The notes: generated by a model from the sequence alone, not told the origin. A stretch of DNA of 64,000 nt from Deltaproteobacteria bacterium (GCA_015493475.1 WGDC01000014.1:17385-81384), one strand, 5' to 3'; counted from the first letter of the stretch, positions 1 to 10,720 are shown. Made by a program: numbers and translations.

Positions 1-1
1 G

Positions 2-67
2 GATACCGTTATCACCTTTCGAGGGAAACCATGTGCCAAGCTATTCCATTTTGAGAATAAAAAATAA
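2..67 (+). CDS. Possible 3' end of a Phd/YefM-type antitoxin (partial, window edge)
   Basis: Frame 2 reads DTVITFRGKPCAKLFHFENKK*, resembling the Phd/YefM VxITxRGKPxAxL motif; only 21 codons visible. Confidence 0.3.
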   Translation, partial: DTVITFRGKPCAKLFHFENKK

Positions 68-173
68 CATAAAACCAATGGATTGGAATGCAGACTGAAT
101 CTTTTACATCAGGAACAAGACTGCTTAAAAAGGGAGACGGTTTCCAAGAGTCCTTTCAGGAGTGTAAAGACGC

Positions 174-1187
174 ATGGAAAAAATACTCGTTACAGGCGGC
201 TGCGGCTTCATAGGCACGAACTTCATACGCCTTCTTCTCAGGGAAAGAGACTACAAGGTGACAAATCTCGATGCCCTGACCTATGCAGGAAACCCCGAGA
301 ACATCAGGGACATGGAAGGACACCCATGTTATACCTTTATAAAAGGGAGGATCGAGGACCATGATCTCGTCTCAGGCCTAATGGAGGGTGTTGACGCAGT
401 TGTGAACTTTGCCGCCGAGAGCCATGTTGACCGCTCTATTAAAAACGCCGGACCCTTTATAAACACAAATGTTCTTGGAACCCAGGTGCTCCTTGACTGT
501 TTCAGGCAGGCGGGATGCAGCGGGCCGTTTCTGCATGTCTCCACGGATGAGGTTTACGGAAGCCTCAAAATGGAGGAGCCGCCCTTCAGGGAGGACAACC
601 TCCTAAAGCCGAACAGCCCCTATTCCGCATCGAAGGCATCCGCTGACCTCCTCTGCAGGGCGGCGTGGAAAACCTTCGGAACACCCGTTGTGATAACAAG
701 GTGCTCAAACAACTACGGTCCCTACCAATTTCCTGAAAAACTAATTCCCCTCATGATAATTAACTGTGTGGAAGGACGGAGGCTCCCGGTTTACGGCAAC
801 GGCATGAACGTGAGGGACTGGATATATGTTGAGGACCACTGCAAGGGGGTACTTGCCGCCATGGAAAAAGGCAGTCCCGGTTCTGTCTACAACCTCGGGG
901 GCAACTGCGAACTCGCCAATATAGAGGTGGTAGAAACCATACTGAGGCTTCTTGGGAAACCAAGGGAACTGATAGAGTTCGTCAAGGACCGGCCTGGCCA
1001 TGACAGGCGCTACGCCATGGACACCAGCCGTGCCGAGAGAAAACTCTCTTGGAGCCCTGAGATTGATTTTGAAACCGGCATGGAACGCACGGTCAGGTGG
1101 TACCTTGACCACAGACAGTGGTGGCGAAGAATACTATCGGGACAATATCGCTCTTACTACAGGGAACATTACGGCAGGGGGCTATGA
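174..1187 (+). CDS. rfbB: dTDP-glucose 4,6-dehydratase
   Basis: GGCGFIG Rossmann motif, AAESHVDRS, STDEVYG, YSASK, DRPGHDRRY. Confidence 0.97.
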   Translation: MEKILVTGGCGFIGTNFIRLLLRERDYKVTNLDALTYAGNPENIRDMEGHPCYTFIKGRIEDHDLVSGLMEGVDAVVNFAAESHVDRSIKNAGPFINTNVLGTQVLLDCFRQAGCSGPFLHVSTDEVYGSLKMEEPPFREDNLLKPNSPYSASKASADLLCRAAWKTFGTPVVITRCSNNYGPYQFPEKLIPLMIINCVEGRRLPVYGNGMNVRDWIYVEDHCKGVLAAMEKGSPGSVYNLGGNCELANIEVVETILRLLGKPRELIEFVKDRPGHDRRYAMDTSRAERKLSWSPEIDFETGMERTVRWYLDHRQWWRRILSGQYRSYYREHYGRGL

Positions 1188-1190
1188 ACT

Positions 1191-2078
1191 ATGAACACCC
1201 ACGTGGTGGTAACAGGCGCAAGGGGCATGCTCGGGCAAGATATTACAAGGGCCTTTGAAAACAGAGGCGCCCGCGTCACAGGTCTTTCCAAGAAAGAGCT
1301 TGACATTACCCGTGAGACCACGTGCCGCCAAGTATTAAAGGATTTGCGGCCTAATATAGTGGTAAATTGCGCCGCCTTTACAAAGGTAGATCTCTGCGAA
1401 AGGGAAAGGGACCTCGCCTACAGGGTAAACGCCCTCGGGCCACAGAACCTGTCAGGCATTTGCAGGGAAATCGGCGCATGGCTTGTCCACATAAGCACTG
1501 ATTACGTCTTTGACGGTACTGCAACCAGGCCCTATCTGGAAGATGAAAAGACAAATCCAGTAAATGTTTACGGACAGTCAAAACTAGCGGGAGAGAAGGC
1601 CGTGGCAAGGGCAGGAGGGCGCTATCTAATAGTGAGAACCTCGTGGCTCTTTGGCGCAGGAGGGCCTAATTTTATCGCCACCATGCTGAATCTGTCTGAG
1701 AATATCGACACCCTCAATGTAGTTAACGATCAAAGGGGGCGCCCGACGTTCACCATGGACCTGTCAAAAGGCATCCTATTGCTTCTTGACTCCGGGGCAT
1801 CGGGCATCGTTCACTGTGCCAACAGCGGCTCCTGCACATGGTTCGAACTCTGCTGCTACGCCCTCAAAAGGGCGGGGAAAACTGGCATCGAGGTAATTCC
1901 AGTATCCTCAAACCGCTTTGAACGGCCCGCAAAAAGGCCAGCCTATTCTGTCCTGAGCATTGAAAGGTTCAAGACCATTACTTCCACCACCCCGAGGCAC
2001 TGGACAGAGGCGGTTGACAGCCTGCTTTGTGAAAATAGTCCTACAACCCAGGAAACCCGGTTTAGAACTATCGGATAG
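1191..2078 (+). CDS. rfbD: dTDP-4-dehydrorhamnose reductase
   Basis: GARGMLG, NCAAFTKVD, STDYVFDG, YGQSK, DQRGRPT, RPAYS. Confidence 0.96.
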   Translation: MNTHVVVTGARGMLGQDITRAFENRGARVTGLSKKELDITRETTCRQVLKDLRPNIVVNCAAFTKVDLCERERDLAYRVNALGPQNLSGICREIGAWLVHISTDYVFDGTATRPYLEDEKTNPVNVYGQSKLAGEKAVARAGGRYLIVRTSWLFGAGGPNFIATMLNLSENIDTLNVVNDQRGRPTFTMDLSKGILLLLDSGASGIVHCANSGSCTWFELCCYALKRAGKTGIEVIPVSSNRFERPAKRPAYSVLSIERFKTITSTTPRHWTEAVDSLLCENSPTTQETRFRTIG

Positions 2079-3185
2079 ATGTATAGCTTCATAGTGACAA
2101 AAATGGTTTTAAAGGAGACGGCCCTTCCTTTTTTCTTATCCCTTGCGGCCATGAGCCTTCTTTTTCTCGTTGGCAAACTGTTCACGCACCTTGAGCCGCT
2201 TCTTGCCGCTGGCATAAGCCTTGAGGAGTTCCTGAAGCTGAACCTGCTCATGCTTCCGATCTTCCTCTACATACTCATTCCCATATGTACGCTACTTGGA
2301 GTCCTTATCGCATTTATAAGGCTGTCGAGGGACAGCGAAATAATCGCCCTCTTCGCTTGCGGGACGAGCCCATCAAGGCTTCTATTCCCAGTCCTTATCG
2401 TTTGCATGGCCGCCTTCCTGTCTGGGCTCCTCATATCTGGCATAGTAGTTCCCGAGGCAAAACGCCAGACGAGCCGGTTCATGGACGACATTACCGAAAG
2501 AGCCCTCATGAGAGGGCTTCCCGAGAAACAGTTCTTCACCCCGGTAAAGGGCCTTACCTTTTTCGTTGACAAGGCCATTAAGGGGACCAGGAACTACAGG
2601 GGCATATACATAAGGGACGCCAGGGGAAAGGCCATGACCTACTCAATACTTGCAAGGAAGGGCAACCTTTCAACAGATGCCAAATCCGGCAAAATTGCCC
2701 TGGAGCTCCTTGAAGGGAGACTGATAAGAATTGATCAACGCTACGAACTTGCCGACACGATATTGTTTGACAGGTACATCCTTTCCCTCGCCTCGGAACC
2801 CGAATCCACCAAAAAAAGACGAGGAGAGATGACCACGCTGGAACTGTACAGGCTGTCAAGGTCCACTGGAGTTTCCAACAGGCGGCGCGTCAAGTACCTA
2901 ATTGAGTTCCACAAGCGTATCGGCGTGCCCTTCGGGGCCTTCCTGCTCGGGCTCCTTGCCGCTCCACTCGGCATCTTTTTTGGCAGGGGCGGGATATCCG
3001 CCGGTATCTGTGCAGGGTTAAGCGCGTTCTTGATTTACTACATAGCCATCCTCCTCGGGACCACCTTAGCCGATGAAGGCACGCTGTCGCCGGGACTCGG
3101 GGTGTGGCTCCCAAACATCGCCTTTTCTATTCTTGTCCTTTACTCCTGCGGACTCCTGTACAAGAAAGGCCCCATATTCAGGTAG
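2079..3185 (+). CDS. lptF: LPS export ABC transporter permease LptF
   Basis: YjgP/YjgQ architecture, RLSRDSEIIAL motif, C-terminal WLPN; paired with a second permease. Confidence 0.88.
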   Translation: MYSFIVTKMVLKETALPFFLSLAAMSLLFLVGKLFTHLEPLLAAGISLEEFLKLNLLMLPIFLYILIPICTLLGVLIAFIRLSRDSEIIALFACGTSPSRLLFPVLIVCMAAFLSGLLISGIVVPEAKRQTSRFMDDITERALMRGLPEKQFFTPVKGLTFFVDKAIKGTRNYRGIYIRDARGKAMTYSILARKGNLSTDAKSGKIALELLEGRLIRIDQRYELADTILFDRYILSLASEPESTKKRRGEMTTLELYRLSRSTGVSNRRRVKYLIEFHKRIGVPFGAFLLGLLAAPLGIFFGRGGISAGICAGLSAFLIYYIAILLGTTLADEGTLSPGLGVWLPNIAFSILVLYSCGLLYKKGPIFR

Positions 3186-3187
3186 CC

Positions 3188-4249
3188 ATGATACTCGAGC
3201 GCTACATCGCAACGAGGTACTGTTCATTTCTCGCCATGCTCTTTTTTGGGCTCACGGGCCTATACCTACTCATTGAGGCATTTGAAAGGCTTCCTGACTT
3301 TCTCGACAAGGGAGCGGGGTTCCTTACAATACTGGTATACTTTTCTCTTATCTGCCCCAAGATAATCTACGAGCTTTGCCCCCTCACCATCCTGCTCGCA
3401 GGCCTTCTCACCATAGCCACCATGGGCAAGAACCGGGAGATAATGGCTATGCGTTCCCTCGGCATCTCGCCAAGAAGGATATTCCGGCCAATAATGGCCT
3501 CCGCCCTTCTTTTCTGCACTCTTTTCCTTCTCATGAACATTTACCTCGTTCCAAGGGCGGAGGAGGCGGCAAGCCTCATTGTCGAGATAGAGCTTGGAAA
3601 AAATCGTAAAAATGGTGTGATGATCCAGGGAGGACATCTTTTTTACCGTGGGAAGGACTCCATCCTGTCCGCTGAACTTGTAAATCCAGATGCTGAGGAA
3701 CTTTCTGGCGTACAGTGGCTCTTTTTCAACCCGGATTACTCCCTTTCCGAATTCATCGGCGCCCCTGTCGCCAGATACTCAAACGGTAGGTGGTACTTCT
3801 TCAACGGCATAGAGGAAACGGGAGGCAATATCACCTTCTTTAAGAAAATAGAGAAGGACCTAATGGTCTCCCCTGCCGACCTCGCCGATATAGAAACGCC
3901 CGTGGAAGAGGCTGGCTTCCATGTGCTTATTCGCGCGGTAAAACGCCTTAAAAGACTCGGGCTTCCTGCCTACAGCCAGGAAATGGTCCTTCTTGGCTAC
4001 ATATTTTACCCGCTCCTTGGAGTAACCCTTCTGTACCTGTGCCTTCCAGTTGGCTTGTACAGGCTCCAAGGGGGCGCGGCCTTGGGACTCGTGCTTGGCA
4101 CCATAGTGGCCTTTTCAGTTTGGGCGCTTTGGAATATGCTCTTTTCCATGGGGAAAACCGGCACCCTTCCCCCGGCTGTCTCAGGCCTCCTGCCCCACGC
4201 TGGCCTTGTGACCGGCGGGCTATGGTTCAGAAAACGTGTAAGATTTTGA
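3188..4249 (+). CDS. lptG: LPS export ABC transporter permease LptG
   Basis: Start moved to ATG 3188 (MILERYI); NREIMAMRSLGIS motif; six-TM YjgP/YjgQ layout. Confidence 0.87.
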   Translation: MILERYIATRYCSFLAMLFFGLTGLYLLIEAFERLPDFLDKGAGFLTILVYFSLICPKIIYELCPLTILLAGLLTIATMGKNREIMAMRSLGISPRRIFRPIMASALLFCTLFLLMNIYLVPRAEEAASLIVEIELGKNRKNGVMIQGGHLFYRGKDSILSAELVNPDAEELSGVQWLFFNPDYSLSEFIGAPVARYSNGRWYFFNGIEETGGNITFFKKIEKDLMVSPADLADIETPVEEAGFHVLIRAVKRLKRLGLPAYSQEMVLLGYIFYPLLGVTLLYLCLPVGLYRLQGGAALGLVLGTIVAFSVWALWNMLFSMGKTGTLPPAVSGLLPHAGLVTGGLWFRKRVRF

Positions 4250-4893
4250 TGGTAACAGAAATGGACAAAAGAGAAAAGATCATGGAGATAATCAGGCGGT
4301 TACACAAAGAGTACGGCGAGGCAAAAACCACCCTGAAATTCAACAGCCCCTTTGAGCTCCTCGTCGCCGTTGTACTTTCCGCCCAGTGTACCGACGACAG
4401 GGTAAACAGGATAACGCCCGTTCTTTTCAGAAGGTTTCCAGGCCCGAGAGAGATGGCGGAGGCAAGCGCGGAAGAGGTGGAAAATCTTGTCCACTCATGC
4501 AGCTTCTACAGAAACAAGGCAAGGAACATCCAGTCTGCTGCAAAGATGATAGTTGAAAAATACGGCGGCAAGGTGCCGGACAACATGGAGGACTTGGTGA
4601 AGCTTCCAGGGGTAGCGAGAAAGACCGCAAACGTGATTCTTTACAACGCATTTGGCAAGAACGAGGGCATTGCCGTGGATACTCACGTAAAAAGGCTGGT
4701 TCAAAGGCTTGGCATATGCGACAGTAAAAACCCAGCGAAGATAGAAAAAAGGCTCATGGAAATCGTGCCGAGAAAATACTGGGGACCCCTGACATACCTC
4801 CTAATAGAACATGGCAGGAAGGTATGCAGGGCTAGAAAGCCGGGCTGCCCTACCTGCGTTCTAAGGGATATTTGCCCATCTCGAAGTAGTTAG
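4249..4893 (+). CDS. nth: Endonuclease III
   Basis: LSAQCTD, HhH LPGVARKTAN, VDTHV, C-x6-C-x2-C-x5-C 4Fe-4S motif; start overlaps lptG stop (TGATG), alternative ATG 4261. Confidence 0.97.
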   Translation: MVTEMDKREKIMEIIRRLHKEYGEAKTTLKFNSPFELLVAVVLSAQCTDDRVNRITPVLFRRFPGPREMAEASAEEVENLVHSCSFYRNKARNIQSAAKMIVEKYGGKVPDNMEDLVKLPGVARKTANVILYNAFGKNEGIAVDTHVKRLVQRLGICDSKNPAKIEKRLMEIVPRKYWGPLTYLLIEHGRKVCRARKPGCPTCVLRDICPSRSS

Positions 4894-4909
4894 CAGGGAG
4901 TTGTAAGAC

Positions 4910-5746
4910 ATGAAAGATTACGTAGAAAAGGTGAAAGAGGCGGTCTCCTTCCTGGATAAAGCCCTGCCCTTTGCCCCTACCGTCACCGTGATGCTGGGAA
5001 CCGGCCTTGGGGGACTTGTTGATGCCATGGAAACGGAGACTGTCCTTGACTACGGAGCCGTGCCGAACTTTCCCGTATCCACCGCTCCTGACCACGCGGG
5101 CAGGCTCCATATAGGCAGGATAGGAGGCACAGGATGCGCGCTCTTCCAGGGACGGTTTCACTACTACGAGGGTTACTCAACAAAGGAACTTGCCTTGCCA
5201 GTCAGGGTGATGTCGCTTCTTGGCTCAAGGGTCCTTATTGCATGCAATGCTGCCGGCGGACTCAATCTTGACTTCCAATCAGGAGACCTGATGCTTATAA
5301 AGGACCACATAAATCTCATTCCGGAAAGCCCGCTCAGGGGGAAAAATATCGATGAGTGGGGCCCCCGTTTCCCGGACATGTCTCGTACATACAGCCGGGA
5401 ATTAAGGGATCTCGCAAGACTCGTTGGGGCAAGTAGCGGGATTCTTCTCAGGGAAGGGATATTCGTTTCGGTTCCTGGCCCACAGCTCGAGACCCCAGCG
5501 GAGACCCGCTACCTGCAGTTCATAGGGGCAGACGCCGTGGCCATGTCCATGGTACCCGAGGTGATCACGGCAGTTCATGGCGGAATGAAGGTCCTCGGTA
5601 TTTCAGTAATAGCCAACGTCAACGACCCGGATGACTTCACGCCCATACTTATTGAAGACGTCATAGCCAAGGCGAAAAACTCGGAGGCAAGGCTGGAGCG
5701 GCTTATAGAGGGAATACTAACAGAATATGACGACAGTGAAGAGTAA
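4910..5746 (+). CDS. punA: Purine-nucleoside phosphorylase (trimeric type)
   Basis: LGTGLG, GRFHYYEG, NAAGG, DHINL, GPQLETPAE. Confidence 0.93.
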   Translation: MKDYVEKVKEAVSFLDKALPFAPTVTVMLGTGLGGLVDAMETETVLDYGAVPNFPVSTAPDHAGRLHIGRIGGTGCALFQGRFHYYEGYSTKELALPVRVMSLLGSRVLIACNAAGGLNLDFQSGDLMLIKDHINLIPESPLRGKNIDEWGPRFPDMSRTYSRELRDLARLVGASSGILLREGIFVSVPGPQLETPAETRYLQFIGADAVAMSMVPEVITAVHGGMKVLGISVIANVNDPDDFTPILIEDVIAKAKNSEARLERLIEGILTEYDDSEE

Positions 5747-7052
5747 CGGGGAACTATTGCTTGTATCTGGGGAGTTCGTCATACCATCCCCCTTCAAAAG
5801 TCCCATAAGGCAGGGTGCCGTGGCCATAGAAGGCGAAAAGGTTCTGGAATGCGGCCCTATGGAAAGACTCAAGGCCAAATACAAGGCCGCAAGAATCATC
5901 AAGCGCCCCTCGGGGCTCATAGCCCCAGGGCTGATAAACTGCCATACCCATGCCCCCATGGTGCTTATGAGGGGTATGGCCGATGACCTTCCTCTTAAGC
6001 AGTGGCTTGAAGAACACATCTTTCCCGCAGAGGCTAGATTGTCTGAGGAACTTGTCAGGACTGCCACCTTCCTGGCCTGCGCCGAAATGATCAGGGGCGG
6101 AACAACTACATTCGTAGACATGTACTTTTTTGAAAGGCAGATGGCTCAGGTAGTGGACAAGTGCGGCATGAGGGCCTATCTCGGAGAAGGAATATTCGAC
6201 TTTCCATCCCCTGCCTTTCAAAACGCCGGAGAGGTTATGGAGGAAACCAGGGAACTCGTCTCCCTTTACAGGGACCACCCCCGCATACACTTTACTGTTG
6301 ACCCGCATACACCATATACTTGTAGTGACAGTATACTTCAGGAGGCGGGGGATTTCGCCAAGGAAAACCACCTGCCCCTGGTAATACACCTTTCAGAAAC
6401 GAGACAGGAATTCGACGAGACCCTCTCAGCCCATTCAAGAACGCCTGTCAGGCGCCTTGATGATCTTGGGCTTCTAGGGCCAAATCTCCTTGCCGTGCAC
6501 TGTGTATGGCTCGAGGACCAGGACATAGAAAGACTTGCGGAAACCGGAACGAGTGTGGTCCACTGCCCGGAAAGCAACCTGAAGCTCGGAAGCGGCATAA
6601 GCCCCGTGTCAAGACTTATCGAAGCCGGGGTCAACGTTGCCCTTGGCACAGACGGGGCGGCAAGTAACAACAACCTCGATATGCTGTCGGAAATGGATTT
6701 TGCCGCCAAGCTTCCAAAGGGACTTTCCCACGACCCGTCCATAGTAAGTGCAGAACAGGTACTCGGGATGTCAACATGGAACGCGGCAAAGGCCCTCGGG
6801 GCAGGCGACATTGGAAGACTCGAACAAGGATTCCAGGCGGATCTCACTATAATCAATCTTGACAGGCCGCATCTCAGACCGTGCTACAACCCCGTATCTC
6901 AGATGATTTACTCGGCTTCCGGCCCGGATGTGACCGATGTCATGGTCGCAGGACGCTTCATAATGGAGAACTCCAAAATCCTGACCATGGACGAGAAAGG
7001 GCTACTTGAAAAGATCAAATCTCTAGAGAATCGGCCATTTTGGCAAGAATAG
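5727..7052 (+). CDS. mtaD: 5-methylthioadenosine/S-adenosylhomocysteine deaminase (amidohydrolase)
   Basis: NCHTH, RGMADDLPL-WLEEHIFPAE, HLSET, HCPESNLKL, GTDGAASNN. Confidence 0.88.
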   Translation: MTTVKSNGELLLVSGEFVIPSPFKSPIRQGAVAIEGEKVLECGPMERLKAKYKAARIIKRPSGLIAPGLINCHTHAPMVLMRGMADDLPLKQWLEEHIFPAEARLSEELVRTATFLACAEMIRGGTTTFVDMYFFERQMAQVVDKCGMRAYLGEGIFDFPSPAFQNAGEVMEETRELVSLYRDHPRIHFTVDPHTPYTCSDSILQEAGDFAKENHLPLVIHLSETRQEFDETLSAHSRTPVRRLDDLGLLGPNLLAVHCVWLEDQDIERLAETGTSVVHCPESNLKLGSGISPVSRLIEAGVNVALGTDGAASNNNLDMLSEMDFAAKLPKGLSHDPSIVSAEQVLGMSTWNAAKALGAGDIGRLEQGFQADLTIINLDRPHLRPCYNPVSQMIYSASGPDVTDVMVAGRFIMENSKILTMDEKGLLEKIKSLENRPFWQE

Positions 7053-7788
7053 CCCGGTAACTCAGCCCGGCCTTCCTGAAACCCTCCCGGCCGAAGTGAA
7101 TATTTGCCTCAAGAACAAGGGGACCCCTTTTTGACATGCAAATGTCAAAGCCTGCGTGGTCTATATTGCAGCGCCCTGCCGCAACGATTGCGAGATCTAC
7201 CGCCTCCTGTGGCACGTTTTCAAAATCTATATCACCGCCCTGGGCCACATTTGTCAGGAACGTACCCGTTCTTGCCACCTTCCAGTAGGAAAGCACCGCC
7301 TTTGCACCTATCACAACCACGCGCACGTCCCTTTTCATGGGAAGGTATTCCTGAATATATGCGGCACCTGCCATGGATAGATACTCCTCAAGTCCGGCCC
7401 TATCCTTTATAAGAAAGACCCCGCGCCCCTGTGAGGAGCCTACGGGAAGCTTCGCAACAAGGGGGAAGGAAAAACTGTCCATAATCCTTTTAAGCCTGCC
7501 CCTGCCTGTAAAAAACCGCGTCCTTGGCATGGGAATGCCAGCGGCGTTGAATGTCTGGGTCTGAAGTACCTTGTTGCCAAGAAGGCTGTAGCTCGAACTG
7601 GTCGGGAAGATATCTTGGCCAATGGCGGAAAATACTGGTGCATAGTGAAGAGTTGGGAAATATACCCTGTCTGCCTCAAGGATAAGCCTTTTTTCCTGCT
7701 CAGCATAATCGCACCAGTCGTATCTAAGAGGCAGACAGCGTACGGTTTTTGCCTTCTTGAGCTTTCCTCCAAGGCATACCTTCAGCAT
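7015..7788 (-). CDS. RimK-like ATP-grasp ligase
   Basis: PLVAKLPVGSSQGRGVFL, YIQEYL, DVRVVVIG, TNVAQGG, GFD..LEAN. Confidence 0.85.
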   Translation of the reverse strand: MLKVCLGGKLKKAKTVRCLPLRYDWCDYAEQEKRLILEADRVYFPTLHYAPVFSAIGQDIFPTSSSYSLLGNKVLQTQTFNAAGIPMPRTRFFTGRGRLKRIMDSFSFPLVAKLPVGSSQGRGVFLIKDRAGLEEYLSMAGAAYIQEYLPMKRDVRVVVIGAKAVLSYWKVARTGTFLTNVAQGGDIDFENVPQEAVDLAIVAAGRCNIDHAGFDICMSKRGPLVLEANIHFGREGFRKAGLSYRAILAKMADSLEI

Positions 7789-7790
7789 GG

Positions 7791-9083
7791 TCAGGCGTTT
7801 TTGAGTATCTTCGAGGGATCAATGCCTGCCGCCTGCCTCGCGGGGTATATGGTTGCGAGAATGCAAATTATCAGGGCACAGGCGGCAATCAGTATCACGT
7901 CAGACCGGTACAGGAGTATCGGAATGCTATCCGTGTAGTAAACCTCCTTGGGTATCTTTATGAACTTGTACCTCTTTAAAAGCCAGCAAAGCCCGGTGCC
8001 ACCCATTACCCCAAGTATGGTTCCCATTATTCCTATCAAGGTCCCGTTAAGTATGAATATGCGAAGTATCTGGCCGTTTGTGGCCCCCATGGCCTTTAGA
8101 ATGGCAATATCGGATTTTTTCTCCATAACCATCATGGAGAGGGTGGAAATGATGTTAAAGGCGGCGACAAGCACAATGAGGGTGAGGACAACAAACATGG
8201 CGAACTTCTCGAGCTCCATTGCGGAAAACAGGTTCCTGCTCATCTGCTGCCAGTCCATTATCGAAAAGGGATAACCAAGCATTTTTTCAAGGGCCTTAAC
8301 GAAACTGCTAGCCGCATAGATATCTGAAATTTTCACCTCGAAGGCATGAACCTTGTGACCAAGGCCGAGAAGCTTCTGGGCCGCCGCTATGGGCATGAAG
8401 GCAAGGGACATGTCATACTCGTACATGCCCATGGTCTGCACGCCGATAACACGCACGGTCCTTATCTTGGGCATCATGCCTATGGGTGTTATGGTGCCGC
8501 TAGGCAGGACTATCCTTATATAGTCTCCAGCCCTTACGCCAAGGGTTATGGCAAGCTCCTTGCCTATGAGAATGGGAGGAGGGCCCTTGGCCGGATAGTC
8601 CTTGAAGGCCTCAATCCCCCGTCCCTGCAACACCTTTCCAAAGGTTATGACCCTTTTCACGCTTCCCGGGTCCACTCCCCTTATGGCAACCCCGCTGACG
8701 GCTCGTCCGGAACTCAGCAGAGCCTGGATGTAAACCACGGGTGTAACAGCGACTACGTGGGGCGTGCCGCCCTTTCCCCTTAACCTATCAATGAGGTAAG
8801 ACAGCCCGCTCCTCGGCTTCACGCTTACCCCCTCAATTATTCTCTTCAGCTTGTCAACGGAGTCAAATGGTCCCTCATAACTCCTTATGAGAAGGTGGGC
8901 GTTGACCCCGAGAATCTTATCCTTAAGGTGATTTTCAAAACCAGCCATGACGGCTATAACCACGATTAGCGCCATTACACCCACAGCGACTCCCCCGGTG
9001 GATATGGCAGATATCAAAGAGATGAACTTGTGCTGTTTTTTGGCCCTGAGATATTTAAGGGCCATGTATAGCTCGTATTTCAT
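7791..9083 (-). CDS. lolE: Lipoprotein-releasing ABC transporter permease LolC/E
   Basis: ALIVVIAVMAGF, LVAAFNIISTL-MMVMEK-DIAILKAMGA, YPARQAA. Confidence 0.92.
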   Translation of the reverse strand: MKYELYMALKYLRAKKQHKFISLISAISTGGVAVGVMALIVVIAVMAGFENHLKDKILGVNAHLLIRSYEGPFDSVDKLKRIIEGVSVKPRSGLSYLIDRLRGKGGTPHVVAVTPVVYIQALLSSGRAVSGVAIRGVDPGSVKRVITFGKVLQGRGIEAFKDYPAKGPPPILIGKELAITLGVRAGDYIRIVLPSGTITPIGMMPKIRTVRVIGVQTMGMYEYDMSLAFMPIAAAQKLLGLGHKVHAFEVKISDIYAASSFVKALEKMLGYPFSIMDWQQMSRNLFSAMELEKFAMFVVLTLIVLVAAFNIISTLSMMVMEKKSDIAILKAMGATNGQILRIFILNGTLIGIMGTILGVMGGTGLCWLLKRYKFIKIPKEVYYTDSIPILLYRSDVILIAACALIICILATIYPARQAAGIDPSKILKNA

Positions 9084-10579
9084 GGAGAGGATTTGCGACC
9101 GCCTTCGGGCCTGAGCTGGGGAAACAGAATAACATCCCTGATGGAAGGGGAATCAGTGAAGAGCATCACCAGCCTGTCAACCCCTATTCCCTCCCCTGCC
9201 GCCGGGGGCATGCCAATCTCCAGGGCACGTATGTAGTCATAGTCCACCTCGGGCGGGATCTCCTCGTCATCGCCCCTTGATGCGACCTGCTCCTCAAAAC
9301 GCCTCTTCTGGTCCCTTGGGTCGTTAAGCTCGGAAAAGGCGTTAGCAATCTCCCTGCCGGTTATAAAAAGTTCGAAACGGTCTGTAACCGAAGGGTCCTG
9401 GGCGTTCCTCCTGGCGAGGGGCGAAATGTCCGTTGGGTAATGGGTGATGAAAGTGGGCTGAATGAGCTTTGGCTCCACAAGCAGGTCAAAAAGCTTTCCA
9501 AGGTATTTTCCAAGAACGAGCCCGTTGCCGAGCTCCACTCCAAGGTCCTCAAGCCTTCTGTTAAGCCCTTTCCTGTCGTCTATCTCCTCCTCGGGGATTC
9601 CCCCAACCTCCACAAGGGACTGACGCAGTGTCATCTTCTTCCACGGAGGCGTCATGTCTATCTCATTACCCTGGTAGGTAAATTGGGTGCTGCCCTTTAT
9701 GTCTATGGCGATCTGGGCAAAGAGCTCCTCTGTCCTCACCATTAGGTCCTCAAAGGTTGCGTAGGCCTCGTAAAACTCAAGCATTGTGAACTCTGGATTG
9801 TGCTGAAGAGAGATGCCCTCGTTCCTGAAATTCCTGTTCAGCTCAAAGACCCTTTCAAAGCCCCCAACGAGGAGCCTTTTAAGGTAAAGCTCAGGGGCTA
9901 TCCTCATGAAAAGGTCTATCCCCAGGGCATTGTGATGCGTTACGAAAGGCCTTGCGGTTGCACCGCCCACAATGGACTGCATCATAGGGGTTTCCACCTC
10001 GAGAAAACCGTTTGAGGCAAAATAACGCCTGAGCATCTCGATAATGCGCGCCCTGGTCCTGAAGGTCTGCGCTACCTCCTCATTCATTATGAGGTCCTCG
10101 TAGCGCCTCCTGTAACGAAGCTCCTTGTCCTTGATTCCATGGTATTTTTCAGGAAGCGGACGCATGGACTTAGAGACAAGGCGCACCCTGTCGGCCTCTA
10201 TGGTGAGCTCGTTTGTCCGGGTACGGAAAAGGCTACCCTCCGCCTCAACGATGTCTCCTATGTCGAATTTCTTGAATACCTGGTAATTTTCAATGCCCAC
10301 GCGGTCCCGCATGATATGGACCTGTATAGAGCCAGAACTGTCTTTCAGGCTGAAAAAGGCAGCCTTTCCAAAACGCCTGAGGGCCATGATGCGCCCTGCG
10401 ACCCGGAAGGTGTCTTCCACGCCTTCAAGGGCCTCGCTGTCGTAACCTTCATATACCTTCCGTATGGCCCTTGCCCGTTCAGGCAGCGCCACGTCATTTG
10501 GGAAAAGGTCGATACCGAGCCTCTCAAGCTCCTTAGCCTTCTGCCGCCGCTGCTTTATTATCTGACTTTCCTCACTCAA
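9080..10579 (-). CDS. lysS: Lysine--tRNA ligase (class II)
   Basis: LRYRRRY, FLEVETPMM, RIAPELYLKRL, FRNEG, HNPEF, GIGVDRL. Confidence 0.98.
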   Translation of the reverse strand: MSEESQIIKQRRQKAKELERLGIDLFPNDVALPERARAIRKVYEGYDSEALEGVEDTFRVAGRIMALRRFGKAAFFSLKDSSGSIQVHIMRDRVGIENYQVFKKFDIGDIVEAEGSLFRTRTNELTIEADRVRLVSKSMRPLPEKYHGIKDKELRYRRRYEDLIMNEEVAQTFRTRARIIEMLRRYFASNGFLEVETPMMQSIVGGATARPFVTHHNALGIDLFMRIAPELYLKRLLVGGFERVFELNRNFRNEGISLQHNPEFTMLEFYEAYATFEDLMVRTEELFAQIAIDIKGSTQFTYQGNEIDMTPPWKKMTLRQSLVEVGGIPEEEIDDRKGLNRRLEDLGVELGNGLVLGKYLGKLFDLLVEPKLIQPTFITHYPTDISPLARRNAQDPSVTDRFELFITGREIANAFSELNDPRDQKRRFEEQVASRGDDEEIPPEVDYDYIRALEIGMPPAAGEGIGVDRLVMLFTDSPSIRDVILFPQLRPEGGRKSSP

Positions 10580-10720
10580 TGTCCAAGACTCCTCAAACTT
10601 TTGCCAGACGCCACGATGCCTGTTAGAATTTCAGTTTATTCAGTGTCATGACAGCTTGCAATTCTTAGTGTACTCTTTAATTGGAGTCAAGCTCCCTCTA
10701 AGCCGGAAGGGGAAAACGCC

